DNA from: an uncultured Ruminococcus sp.
GTDB taxonomy: Bacteria; Bacillota; Clostridia; Oscillospirales; CAG-272
Direction: 5' to 3'
DNA length: 64,000 nucleotides
Assembly (NCBI GenBank): GCA_964630695.1
Contig: CAZVYZ010000003.1
Span: forward strand, 2,804-66,803
In this document: piece by piece, positions 17,415 through 25,507 of the stretch
How positions within the stretch are numbered: the first letter of the stretch is position 1
How the letters are laid out: each line of letters opens with the position of its first letter
Translations under genes and position numbers: made by a program
Notes under the pieces: generated by a model
What the model saw: the letters and a program-made list of their open reading frames with translations, nothing else
Database searches by the model: none
Told to the model about the DNA's origin: nothing

Positions 17415-19307
17415 TTATAATGAGCAAATATATTCAATACATTGCTTGATTTCTTCGTCGGACATCTGAGGTAACACTTTTTCAGAGTGAACAATCCCAT
17501 TTCTTTGCTTTCTCAAATTATTTAACATTTGGGGCGTATACGGGTCGTAATCATTTCCTTCGTCATCATACGTGTTGAATCGATTACAGAAATGATCCAA
17601 CATTTCAGAGAAATTACCGTCTAATCGATAGTCAAACTTTAAAATTGCTTCCAGCCTGACACATAGTTTTACAATAACAATATCCCGGTTGCCTTTTTCC
17701 AATTCCGAATAAAAGAAATCTTTGGTCAATTCTCCGAGAATCGCTTCTTTTTCCTCCGTGTCAGTCAATTCATTCATTATCTTTTGTCTTACATTGCGTA
17801 AATAGTCGGCAACCTCTTGCAAAGAGGTTTGACTGTATGCCGAAGCGTTGGAATCCAATCTATGCAGTTCTGCCTGATTGATATTCAGTTCTTTCTGCTT
17901 ATCCTTAGTCCATACTTCAAGTATCCTATCTTCAATTGTATCAATGTTCTGCGCAATAACGGAATTTGCCAAATCATTCGCCTTTTCATCCACCGCAAAC
18001 CGAAACAAGGATTTCCAGTCTTTTTTTGAATACCAATTATAAAGCACCTCAAAAGGATGAATCGGGTACATATACAATGCCTCTTTTATGGAGGGCAAAT
18101 CCTTTACGTTCTTTACTTCACAGATGTTGAGGATACCATTATGCAAAGCCATTTCTACTTGCAACTTGGTATTGGAAATGGTCTTATCAAGTTTCAGTTT
18201 GGCAATTCTGATTTCATCGCCACTTGCAACATAGCATTTTGAATTTTCATGAGATTGACTGCTGAATTTAGTATCAACAAATGACAATATTTCACTGTTA
18301 AATTTGTTGAACTTTTCTACTGCTTCAAAATCCCCTTTTTCCAAGGCAAATGTGATTGTGCTTTTCAAAATATGTACAATGTAGCGCTTTGTACCAAAAT
18401 TATATTTATGAGTTATCGCATAATTGCTTAAAATGTAGTTATATGTGCGATCATAATTATCGTAATATGGTTCAATCTCTTCAAAAATTTTATGGTTGTT
18501 TTTCTCCGCAGCAGTCAGCAAATAGTGAAGTAAGTTCTGATTTTGCCCTTTATAAGCCTCTTCAATCAAGTATGGAAAAGCCGCATACCAAACGCGGTCC
18601 GATTCATTTATAGGCAAGAGGAGCGAGTTGAGTGTGTCTTCGTTAATACGCTTATCATTCACAAGCATCGTGAAGAATTGTCTTGGTATTATACAAAGAA
18701 TCCTTTGAGGCGGATTATTACTATAGATAGGTTCATCTTCCTCGGGAAGGAGTTCTTTTATTTCACTTTCATTTTTGAAGGTAAAATAACACCCGCTACG
18801 AGCGGCAATTCTTCTATCTTTCGAATTTGAAATGGGGAATTGTTTGCCATTCAGTAAAAACAAGGAATTTGAGAGAACAGCAAGTGTCAACGCTTCAATG
18901 ATTTCAAATCTTGTAATAAAGCGCGAGTCGTTTTCACATAGTTTCTTAAATACCTTAATGCTTTGATACTCTACTATGTAATCCACAATGGTTTTGCCGT
19001 TTTCATCGGAGGGTAAATCTTTCACTTTCTCTGCCATTGTAACGTCGTCATTTTTCGCACATAATTCCGCATTTGAAATTACAACGATTTCTTTTTCAAC
19101 ATCCTTACCGGTTAAAAGATAATCAATAGAAACATTGAAAAGACGTGCCATAGCGGGAAACTGAGATATATCCGGAAAACTTGTTTCGTTCTCCCATTTA
19201 CTGACCGCCTTGTCTGTCACACTTAGTTTTTGTGCAAATTCAATTTGTGTCCAACCTTTCTCCTTGCGCAAACCTGCTATCGTTTTACCAATGCTGTGTT
19301 CACTCAT
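17415..19307 (-). CDS. 630-aa XRE-family HTH protein with a large helical middle region and a C-terminal HEPN-like (R-N-x3-H) domain (island gene 1)
   Basis: N-terminus GKTIAGLRKEKGWTQIEFAQKLSVTDKAVSKWENETSFPDISQFPAMARLFNVSIDYLL is a textbook HTH_3. C-terminus LNNLRKQRNGIVHSE carries Rx4H at R602-H607 (nt 17487-17504). AAAGGAG SD lies 8 nt before the ATG. Confidence 0.85.
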   Translation of the reverse strand: MSEHSIGKTIAGLRKEKGWTQIEFAQKLSVTDKAVSKWENETSFPDISQFPAMARLFNVSIDYLLTGKDVEKEIVVISNAELCAKNDDVTMAEKVKDLPSDENGKTIVDYIVEYQSIKVFKKLCENDSRFITRFEIIEALTLAVLSNSLFLLNGKQFPISNSKDRRIAARSGCYFTFKNESEIKELLPEEDEPIYSNNPPQRILCIIPRQFFTMLVNDKRINEDTLNSLLLPINESDRVWYAAFPYLIEEAYKGQNQNLLHYLLTAAEKNNHKIFEEIEPYYDNYDRTYNYILSNYAITHKYNFGTKRYIVHILKSTITFALEKGDFEAVEKFNKFNSEILSFVDTKFSSQSHENSKCYVASGDEIRIAKLKLDKTISNTKLQVEMALHNGILNICEVKNVKDLPSIKEALYMYPIHPFEVLYNWYSKKDWKSLFRFAVDEKANDLANSVIAQNIDTIEDRILEVWTKDKQKELNINQAELHRLDSNASAYSQTSLQEVADYLRNVRQKIMNELTDTEEKEAILGELTKDFFYSELEKGNRDIVIVKLCVRLEAILKFDYRLDGNFSEMLDHFCNRFNTYDDEGNDYDPYTPQMLNNLRKQRNGIVHSEKVLPQMSDEEIKQCIEYICSL

Positions 19308-19339
19308 ACAAGATTCTCCTTTATGGATTTGTTATCTCT

Positions 19340-19368
19340 ATTATAACATATTTCTCATATCTTGTCAA
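19340..19368 (-). promoter_or_regulatory. Perfect consensus sigma-A promoter of the island operon
   Basis: Minus strand reads TTGACA (19368-19363) - exactly 17 nt - TATAAT (19345-19340). Small inverted repeat GTTAT-n7-ATAAC (19331-19347) overlaps the -10. Confidence 0.65.
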
Positions 19369-19568
19369 CCTACTTATAATTTACATGTCCGTCCGGCTAT
19401 TTTGCTTATCAATTTGAAATTCTACCATCAGTAGAGTCCTTCCCGAACTTCAATTTTCATACCGCTCGGGATGAGTAAGGATTTTGCGGATTTCATATGG
19501 GTAAACGAACAGGTACAACACGCTCCCAACGGCAATGAACGTTTTTTCGCTTCAATTCCCGAAACCCA

Positions 19569-19597
19569 TTGCATTTTCCCGAAAAGAATGCTATAAT
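19569..19597 (+). promoter_or_regulatory. Sigma-A promoter for the methyltransferase-like gene
   Basis: TTGCAT - 17 nt - TATAAT with extended -10 TGC. Confidence 0.5.
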
Positions 19598-19629
19598 AAG
19601 CATAAGTCCGAATCTCGAAAGGAACCGAC

Positions 19630-20673
19630 ATGAAACTGACGCTCTCCCCCTCGGACGCACTCCGCGTTGCGCGCCTGAAAAAAATCACGGAGGAAAATGA
19701 CCGCATTCTCCGCCTGTATGCGAACTATCTCAACCTGACCCCGCGTCTGCTTGACGCACGGACGGTCCGCGACCTTGCCGCCGACTGCACAATCCCCGCC
19801 GCCGACGCATTCCGTGCGCTCTTTTCTGCATCCATTGGGCTGGATGTCCCCGATAATCCGGATGACCGCCGCTTGGAACGGGTCTATATTCAGGCAGGAG
19901 TCCGCAGTCTTTCCCCCACGCCTTACCGCAACGACGCATATGTGAAAACGGTGCGCTTCGGGGACCTGTCGGTCGGCAAATGGCGGTTTACGCACGGGGA
20001 ATACCATGCGTTCGAGCCGTTCGTCTGCGGGCATCCGGTTCTGACCTCCGATTTCCGCGAAATTCCGCAAATCGGCTTTTTTGAAGAGCGCTTTTCCTTT
20101 CCGTCCGTCACCGAAAACGGCGTGGAATGGATGACCGTCACGCCGAACGAAGCGGAAACCATGCGTGCGGTCATCGGCGAGGCGCACGGGCGGGTCCTGA
20201 CCTACGGCTTGGGACTTGGTTACTTCACATTTCACGCGTCGCAGAAGCCCGAGGTGCAGTCGGTGACGGTCATTGAGCGGGACCCCGACCTCATCGGTCT
20301 TTTCCGAAACTGCATTCTGCCGCAGTTTCCAAACCGAGACAAAATCACCGTTCTGCATGCCGACGCGTTTGAATTCACCGAGCGGGACATGAAACCCGAG
20401 GCATTCGACCTCGCTTTCGTTGACATCTGGCACGACCAGTCCGACGGTCTGCCGCTCTACCTGCGCATGAAGCGGTCGGAATCCCGTTTCCCCGCCACCG
20501 CGTTCCGCTACTGGATTGAGCCGACCCTGCTCTCTTCACTCCGCCACATGGTTACAGACCGCATCTTTGACGAAACCGCAGGCGCAGAGGTCCGCACCTA
20601 CGGAGAGATTGAAACCATGCTTGGCGACGACTATCTGCGCGCGCTTGCCCCCAAATTGCGCCGTCTTGAATGA
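19630..20673 (+). CDS. Class I SAM-dependent methyltransferase / spermidine-synthase-like protein
   Basis: Rossmann motif I VLTYGLGLGYF, then VTVIERDPD and LHADAFEF, as in the spermine/spermidine synthase fold. Function not assignable from sequence alone. Confidence 0.6.
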   Translation: MKLTLSPSDALRVARLKKITEENDRILRLYANYLNLTPRLLDARTVRDLAADCTIPAADAFRALFSASIGLDVPDNPDDRRLERVYIQAGVRSLSPTPYRNDAYVKTVRFGDLSVGKWRFTHGEYHAFEPFVCGHPVLTSDFREIPQIGFFEERFSFPSVTENGVEWMTVTPNEAETMRAVIGEAHGRVLTYGLGLGYFTFHASQKPEVQSVTVIERDPDLIGLFRNCILPQFPNRDKITVLHADAFEFTERDMKPEAFDLAFVDIWHDQSDGLPLYLRMKRSESRFPATAFRYWIEPTLLSSLRHMVTDRIFDETAGAEVRTYGEIETMLGDDYLRALAPKLRRLE

Positions 20674-20721
20674 TTTTTTGCGATTTGTACACGGATTTCA
20701 TTAAAACGGCGTAAAAAGCCC

Positions 20722-20750
20722 TTGACTTTCGCTCGTTTATATGATATAAT
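20722..20750 (+). promoter_or_regulatory. Sigma-A promoter for the tandem CNNM/HlyC genes
   Basis: TTGACT - 17 nt - TATAAT with TGA (extended -10). Confidence 0.55.
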
Positions 20751-20788
20751 GATAAATATTCTTGATTGAAAAGGAGTTGGTTTTTCAA

Positions 20789-22177
20789 ATGGACACAGAC
20801 GGGAACATATGGAGTTGGTTATGGAACATCCCACAAACGGCGCTTTTTGCCGCCGCGGATTCATCCGCCGCGGAGAAAGGAGTTGCGGGGCTGACTCTGT
20901 TGTTCATTCTGTTCGTCATCGGCGGCGGGTTCTTCGGTGGAGCCGAGAGCGCGTTCTCCGCGATGAACAAAATCCGTATCAAGGCAAAAGCGGATGACGG
21001 AAACAAACGCGCAAAAGGCGTGATGTACATCGCAAACAATTTCGACCGGGCGCTCACCACGCTCCTCATCGGAAACAACATCACCCACATTGCCGCCGCT
21101 TCCGTTGCGACCGTAATTGCCACCCGCCTGTTCGGTAACACCGACGAAGTTGCACTCTGGTGTACAATCGTCTCCACGATGATTATATTTCTGTTCAGCG
21201 AAATGATTCCGAAGAGCCTCGCCAACGACCGTTGCGATTCGCTCTCCCTGCTTTTCGCGGCATCGGTGCGTTTTCTGATGAAGATTCTGACCCCGCTCGT
21301 CTCGTTCTTCACCCTGATTTCACGCGGTTTTACCAAATTGACCGAACGCTTCATGAAGCACGAAAAGGTGCCCTCCATCACCGAGGACGAACTTTACGAC
21401 ATCATCGACACCATCGAAAAAGAGGGCGTAATGAACGAGGAACAGGGCGACCTGTTCAAATCGGCACTCGATTTTTCCGATACCCGCGCCCGCGACGTCA
21501 TGACCATGCGGCAGGACATCGTTGCAATCGATGCTTCCCTCCCCAACGCCGAGATTCTGGAACAAATCAAGAACACCACGCACAGCCGACTGCCGGTTTA
21601 CGACGGTGACCTTGACCACATCATCGGAACGCTCCAGATTCGCGCTTTCATCCGCGCTTATCTGAAGAACCCGAACATCCGTTTGCGCGGACTGCTGATT
21701 CCGCCCTATTTCGTCAAGCCCGACGCATTGATTGATGACCTGCTGACCGAGATGCGTCAGCACAAATTCTATCTCGGTGTCGTGCGGGATGAGGAGATGC
21801 ACACGGTTGGTATCATCACGATTGAAGATTTTCTGGAAGAACTGGTCGGCGAAATCTGGGATGAGGACGACGTGGTGGACAACGACTTCGTCAAACTCGG
21901 CGGAAACCGGTTTCAGGTCAGCACGCATCTGATTTGCGGGGAAGTCTGTGAAAAGATGGGCATTCCATGCCCGCAGGGAATCAATCCCGCGCGCCCGATT
22001 CTCTCGCTCCTGCTTGAAAAATTCGACAAAATGCCGGAAGAGGATGACTGCGTGACGGTGGGAAATCTGGAATTCACCGTTGAGAACGTGGAAAACGGCA
22101 AGATTGACCACGTCATCATCCGCGTGATTCCCGAGGATGAACAAACCGCTTCGGCGGATGACGGACAGGAGGCGTGA
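20789..22177 (+). CDS. CNNM/HlyC-family transporter (DUF21 - CBS pair - CorC_HlyC)
   Basis: DUF21 TM region (SAFSAMNKIRIK...), a CBS pair, and the CorC C-terminus GNLEFTVENVENGKIDHVIIRV. I prefer the ATG at 20789 after AAGGAG; the track start at 20762 is TTG. Confidence 0.85.
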   Translation: MDTDGNIWSWLWNIPQTALFAAADSSAAEKGVAGLTLLFILFVIGGGFFGGAESAFSAMNKIRIKAKADDGNKRAKGVMYIANNFDRALTTLLIGNNITHIAAASVATVIATRLFGNTDEVALWCTIVSTMIIFLFSEMIPKSLANDRCDSLSLLFAASVRFLMKILTPLVSFFTLISRGFTKLTERFMKHEKVPSITEDELYDIIDTIEKEGVMNEEQGDLFKSALDFSDTRARDVMTMRQDIVAIDASLPNAEILEQIKNTTHSRLPVYDGDLDHIIGTLQIRAFIRAYLKNPNIRLRGLLIPPYFVKPDALIDDLLTEMRQHKFYLGVVRDEEMHTVGIITIEDFLEELVGEIWDEDDVVDNDFVKLGGNRFQVSTHLICGEVCEKMGIPCPQGINPARPILSLLLEKFDKMPEEDDCVTVGNLEFTVENVENGKIDHVIIRVIPEDEQTASADDGQEA

Positions 22178-23490
22178 CCTTGGCAGGATATATTCTTGTA
22201 ATTTTCATCATGGTGCTATTCTCCGCATTCTTTTCCGCCTCGGAAATTTCTTTCAATGCGTCCAATAAAATGCGCCTGAAAAAATCGGCGGAAGCGGGAA
22301 GCAAGACTGCCGCTCTGGCATATAAAATCAGCGAAAACTTTACCTCCGCGCTCTCCGCAATCCTCATCGGCAACAACCTTGCCAACATTGCGGCATCCAC
22401 GGCGGCAACGGTCATCACCATGACCCTGTTGCTGCGGGTTGAAAGCACTTCCGACAGCCTCGCCTCTTTGATTGCAACACTGGTTATGACATTCATCATC
22501 CTGATTTTCGGCGAGATTGTTCCGAAGATTATCGCAAAGAACAACGCCGACACCACGGTTCTTTGGTTCGCCTACCCCATTTGCATCCTGACCTATGTTC
22601 TTTATCCGATTGTCTGGTTGGTCATGGGACTTGTGAAGTTGCTCTCCAAGATATGGGGCAAGGACAGCGATGAGGGACCGACCGTGACAGAGGAGGAACT
22701 GTCCTCCATCATCGACACGGTTGAGGAAGAAGGCGTGATTGACGAGGACCAGAGCGACCTGCTCCAGTCCACGCTGGAATTCCGCGACACAACGGTCGAG
22801 GAAATCATGACGCCCCGAATCGATATGTTGGCGTTTGACATTCTGGACACCCCCGATGAAATTCAAAAAGTGATTGAAAGTTCCCATTTCTCGCGGATTC
22901 CGGTTTATGAGGATTCCATCGACAACATCATCGGCATTCTGTATCTCAACCACTACTATCGCCAGGCAATCGACACCCCCGTCCTGTCAACCGATGCCAT
23001 CCGTTCGCTTCTCATGGAACCGTGCTTCCTGCACAAAACCATGAAACTCCCCGCCGCGCTGACGGTCCTGCGGGAGAGAAAGACCCACATCGCAATCATC
23101 GTTGACGAGTTCGGCGGAACGCTTGGTATCGTGACCATGGAGGACATTCTGGAGGAGTTGGTCGGAGACATCTGGGATGAATCGGATGAAATCGTCCCCG
23201 AGTTCGTCAAAACCGGTGAGAACACCTATGAAGTCTCGGGTGACATGAACATCGACGATTTCTTCTCGGAGATTGAGTACGAGCCGCGCGACTTTGAATG
23301 CGAATACACCACCATGGGCGGTTGGGCAATCGAACGGCTGAACGCCGACCCGCACGTCGGGGACAGTTTCACCGACGAGGACGAGACGCACACGATGGTT
23401 GTGGTCGTTTCGGAAATGGACGATATGCGCGTGACCAAACTGACGATTCTCGTCAAGCCGCGCCAAAGTGATGAAGAAAGCGATGACTAA
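22174..23490 (+). CDS. CNNM/HlyC-family transporter, paralogue 2
   Basis: Same architecture (SEISFNASNKMRLK..., CBS pair, CorC domain). GTGA overlap with the upstream paralogue. A TTG at 22180 has better SD spacing. Confidence 0.85.
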   Translation: MTLAGYILVIFIMVLFSAFFSASEISFNASNKMRLKKSAEAGSKTAALAYKISENFTSALSAILIGNNLANIAASTAATVITMTLLLRVESTSDSLASLIATLVMTFIILIFGEIVPKIIAKNNADTTVLWFAYPICILTYVLYPIVWLVMGLVKLLSKIWGKDSDEGPTVTEEELSSIIDTVEEEGVIDEDQSDLLQSTLEFRDTTVEEIMTPRIDMLAFDILDTPDEIQKVIESSHFSRIPVYEDSIDNIIGILYLNHYYRQAIDTPVLSTDAIRSLLMEPCFLHKTMKLPAALTVLRERKTHIAIIVDEFGGTLGIVTMEDILEELVGDIWDESDEIVPEFVKTGENTYEVSGDMNIDDFFSEIEYEPRDFECEYTTMGGWAIERLNADPHVGDSFTDEDETHTMVVVVSEMDDMRVTKLTILVKPRQSDEESDD

Positions 23491-23606
23491 TCGACCGTGA
23501 CATACCGCAAGGCTCTTCAGACTGCCGACGGTGTGTCCTGCACCGAAAACGGGGGCTACCGCAAATGCTGTAGCCCCCATAAACTGTTTACCTGCCGAGG
23601 TACCGT

Positions 23607-24314
23607 ATGAAGTTGCTGACCGACTGGAACTGTCACCTGCTCCCCATGATGGGAGAGTGGATTGCCGCGCCGTGGGATGCACGCGAGGCAATCATCCGCC
23701 TGCACGCACGGACCGGAATCCGTCGTTTCTGCATGATGGCGGAGTTCGACTGCGCGAGGGAATCGCTCCCCTGTTTTCTTCTGGAACGTGACCGCGCCAT
23801 GCGGGAGTTAACGCAGGTCCTGCCGCAGGGTGTGCGCCTGCTGGCGGGCGGCTATCTCCGCCTGCGCCCCGGCGTTTCGGAAACGGCGGGACTTTTGAAA
23901 CTGTGCCTGCCGAAACTTGACCTGTTGCCTGTCCTGCTTCCGTGGAACGGCATGACGCAGGAGGATGCGCAGGAATGGAACCGCTTGCTTTACCATACCC
24001 CTGCCCGTCCGATGATTATGGAAGCCGACCACTTTATCAACGAATTCCCGAAAGCCGACGCCGACCGCTTGCTCCGACTGGAAAACGTGGTCTATCAATT
24101 CAACTATCTTTCTCTGAAAGACCCCAAAATCCGCGATGCCCTGCGCATTCTGATGAGACGGAATGCGACCGTGCTGTTCGGGACCTCGGTCAATACCCCT
24201 GGTAGCGCCGCTTACTACGATTTTCGCTCGGCAACAGACCTTGCCGAAGCGGATTTCGGCAAGGTCACTCTGGAGGCACTTCTGACGATGAAACCGACCG
24301 ATGCGCGGCGCTGA
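23607..24314 (+). CDS. CpsB/YwqE-like PHP-fold protein with degenerate metal-binding motifs
   Basis: Block order resembles PHP tyrosine phosphatases, but the His/Asp ligands are replaced: DWNCHLLPMMGEW for DxHxHxLPxxDDG, MMAEF for TPHH, IMEADH for AHPER, GTSVN for SDAH. The family motifs are recalled from memory. Confidence 0.5.
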   Translation: MKLLTDWNCHLLPMMGEWIAAPWDAREAIIRLHARTGIRRFCMMAEFDCARESLPCFLLERDRAMRELTQVLPQGVRLLAGGYLRLRPGVSETAGLLKLCLPKLDLLPVLLPWNGMTQEDAQEWNRLLYHTPARPMIMEADHFINEFPKADADRLLRLENVVYQFNYLSLKDPKIRDALRILMRRNATVLFGTSVNTPGSAAYYDFRSATDLAEADFGKVTLEALLTMKPTDARR

Positions 24315-24322
24315 ATCCGAAA

Positions 24323-24598
24323 TCAGGTTTTTCCCTGCCCGTGCATGGCGGAATACTTGATGCGCGTGGCTTCTCCGCCGCGCAGATGCCGCTCCTCCTT
24401 GTTCTGCAACAGGACGAGGCGGACCTCCTCCCACAGCGGTCGGTTTACGAACCGCAGCGTTTCGGTCACGTCCTTATGTACTGTGCTTTTGCTGACCCCG
24501 AACACCGCCGCCGCTTGGCGCACCGTCGTTTTATTCTCCGCAAGATATTCTCCCAAAACCACGCATCTGGCTCTGCCGCTCCAATCCGATACCGACAT
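24323..24598 (-). CDS. spoIIID: Sporulation transcriptional regulator SpoIIID
   Basis: KTTVRQAAAVFGVSKSTVHKDVTE...RHLRGGEATRIKY matches the SpoIIID HTH and C-terminal basic motif. GGAGG SD. A possible sigma-E-like TCATAGA...GATACAC lies upstream (weak). Confidence 0.85.
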   Translation of the reverse strand: MSVSDWSGRARCVVLGEYLAENKTTVRQAAAVFGVSKSTVHKDVTETLRFVNRPLWEEVRLVLLQNKEERHLRGGEATRIKYSAMHGQGKT

Positions 24599-24684
24599 TG
24601 CTCATCCTCCTTCGTCTGCCCGTGTATCTATGTAGTTCCATTCTATGAAAGAAACGGAAAAAATAGAAGAAAAGAGAACATATT

Positions 24685-25476
24685 ATGGAAAAAATACAAG
24701 CCGATTCCGAAAACGAGGTGCTTCTGGAGGGAATGACTTCCGTCTCCGCGCTTCTGAACACACCGCAGGAGGTCAACGACCGTCGGATTCTGCGTGTGCT
24801 GATTGACCGTGCGAAACGCCGTTCCAAAGCGGCGGAAATCGGATACCTGACCGCAAAATCCCACGAACAGGGCTTTCCGGTTCTGTTTGTCGAATCCGGG
24901 CAGATTGACCGCCTGACCGCAGGCACCACGCACGGCGGAATCGTTGCGGTCTGCACGGATCGAACGATTCCGCCCCTGTGCGCCGAACGAATCAAGCCGA
25001 ACGGCTTTTACGTTTACACGGAGGGCATGGAAGACCCCTACAACTTCGGCAATGCACTCCGCTCACTCTATGCGGCAGGCGCCACCGGTGTGGTTCTGCC
25101 GCCGCGGCATTGGATGCACGCCGCGGGCGTGGTGGCAAAATCCTCGGCTGGAACCTCGGAAAAACTGGAACTGTCGGTTGCCGACGCCGACACGTTGATA
25201 CGCGAATTCCGTGCGGCGGGTTACCGCATTCTTTCGGCAGGCATCCGCGATTCGGTTTCGGTTTTCGACGAGCCGCTCCGCTACCCTCTGCTTCTGGTGG
25301 TGGGCGGTGAGAAACGCGGCATTTCCCGAAAGATTCTTGACGCGTCCGACGCGGTGGTCCGCGTGGATTACGGACGGGAATTTCGCGGTTCCCTCTCCTC
25401 CTCCTCCGCCTGTGCGGTCCTCGCGTTTGAGATTTTCCGACAAAATCGCAACGCCGACGACAAAAACACAAAATAA
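24685..25476 (+). CDS. TrmH/SpoU-family RNA 2'-O-methyltransferase (RlmB-like)
   Basis: SpoU motifs LLLVVGGEKRGIS and SLSSSSACAVLAFEI, with an N-terminal substrate-binding (L7Ae-like) region. Confidence 0.85.
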   Translation: MEKIQADSENEVLLEGMTSVSALLNTPQEVNDRRILRVLIDRAKRRSKAAEIGYLTAKSHEQGFPVLFVESGQIDRLTAGTTHGGIVAVCTDRTIPPLCAERIKPNGFYVYTEGMEDPYNFGNALRSLYAAGATGVVLPPRHWMHAAGVVAKSSAGTSEKLELSVADADTLIREFRAAGYRILSAGIRDSVSVFDEPLRYPLLLVVGGEKRGISRKILDASDAVVRVDYGREFRGSLSSSSACAVLAFEIFRQNRNADDKNTK

Positions 25477-25478
25477 GG

Positions 25479-25507
25479 TTGACTTTTCAATCTCCGTATG
25501 CTATAAT
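25479..25507 (+). promoter_or_regulatory. Consensus-like sigma-A promoter at the 5' edge of the truncated permease ORF
   Basis: TTGACT - 17 nt - TATAAT, starting 3 nt after the trmH-family stop. Confidence 0.45.

Noticed and set aside
19428-19706. 92-aa minus-strand ORF at the right edge of the island
   Set aside because: It overlaps the start and promoter of the plus-strand methyltransferase-like gene. No SD and mixed composition. Probably spurious, not a third island gene.
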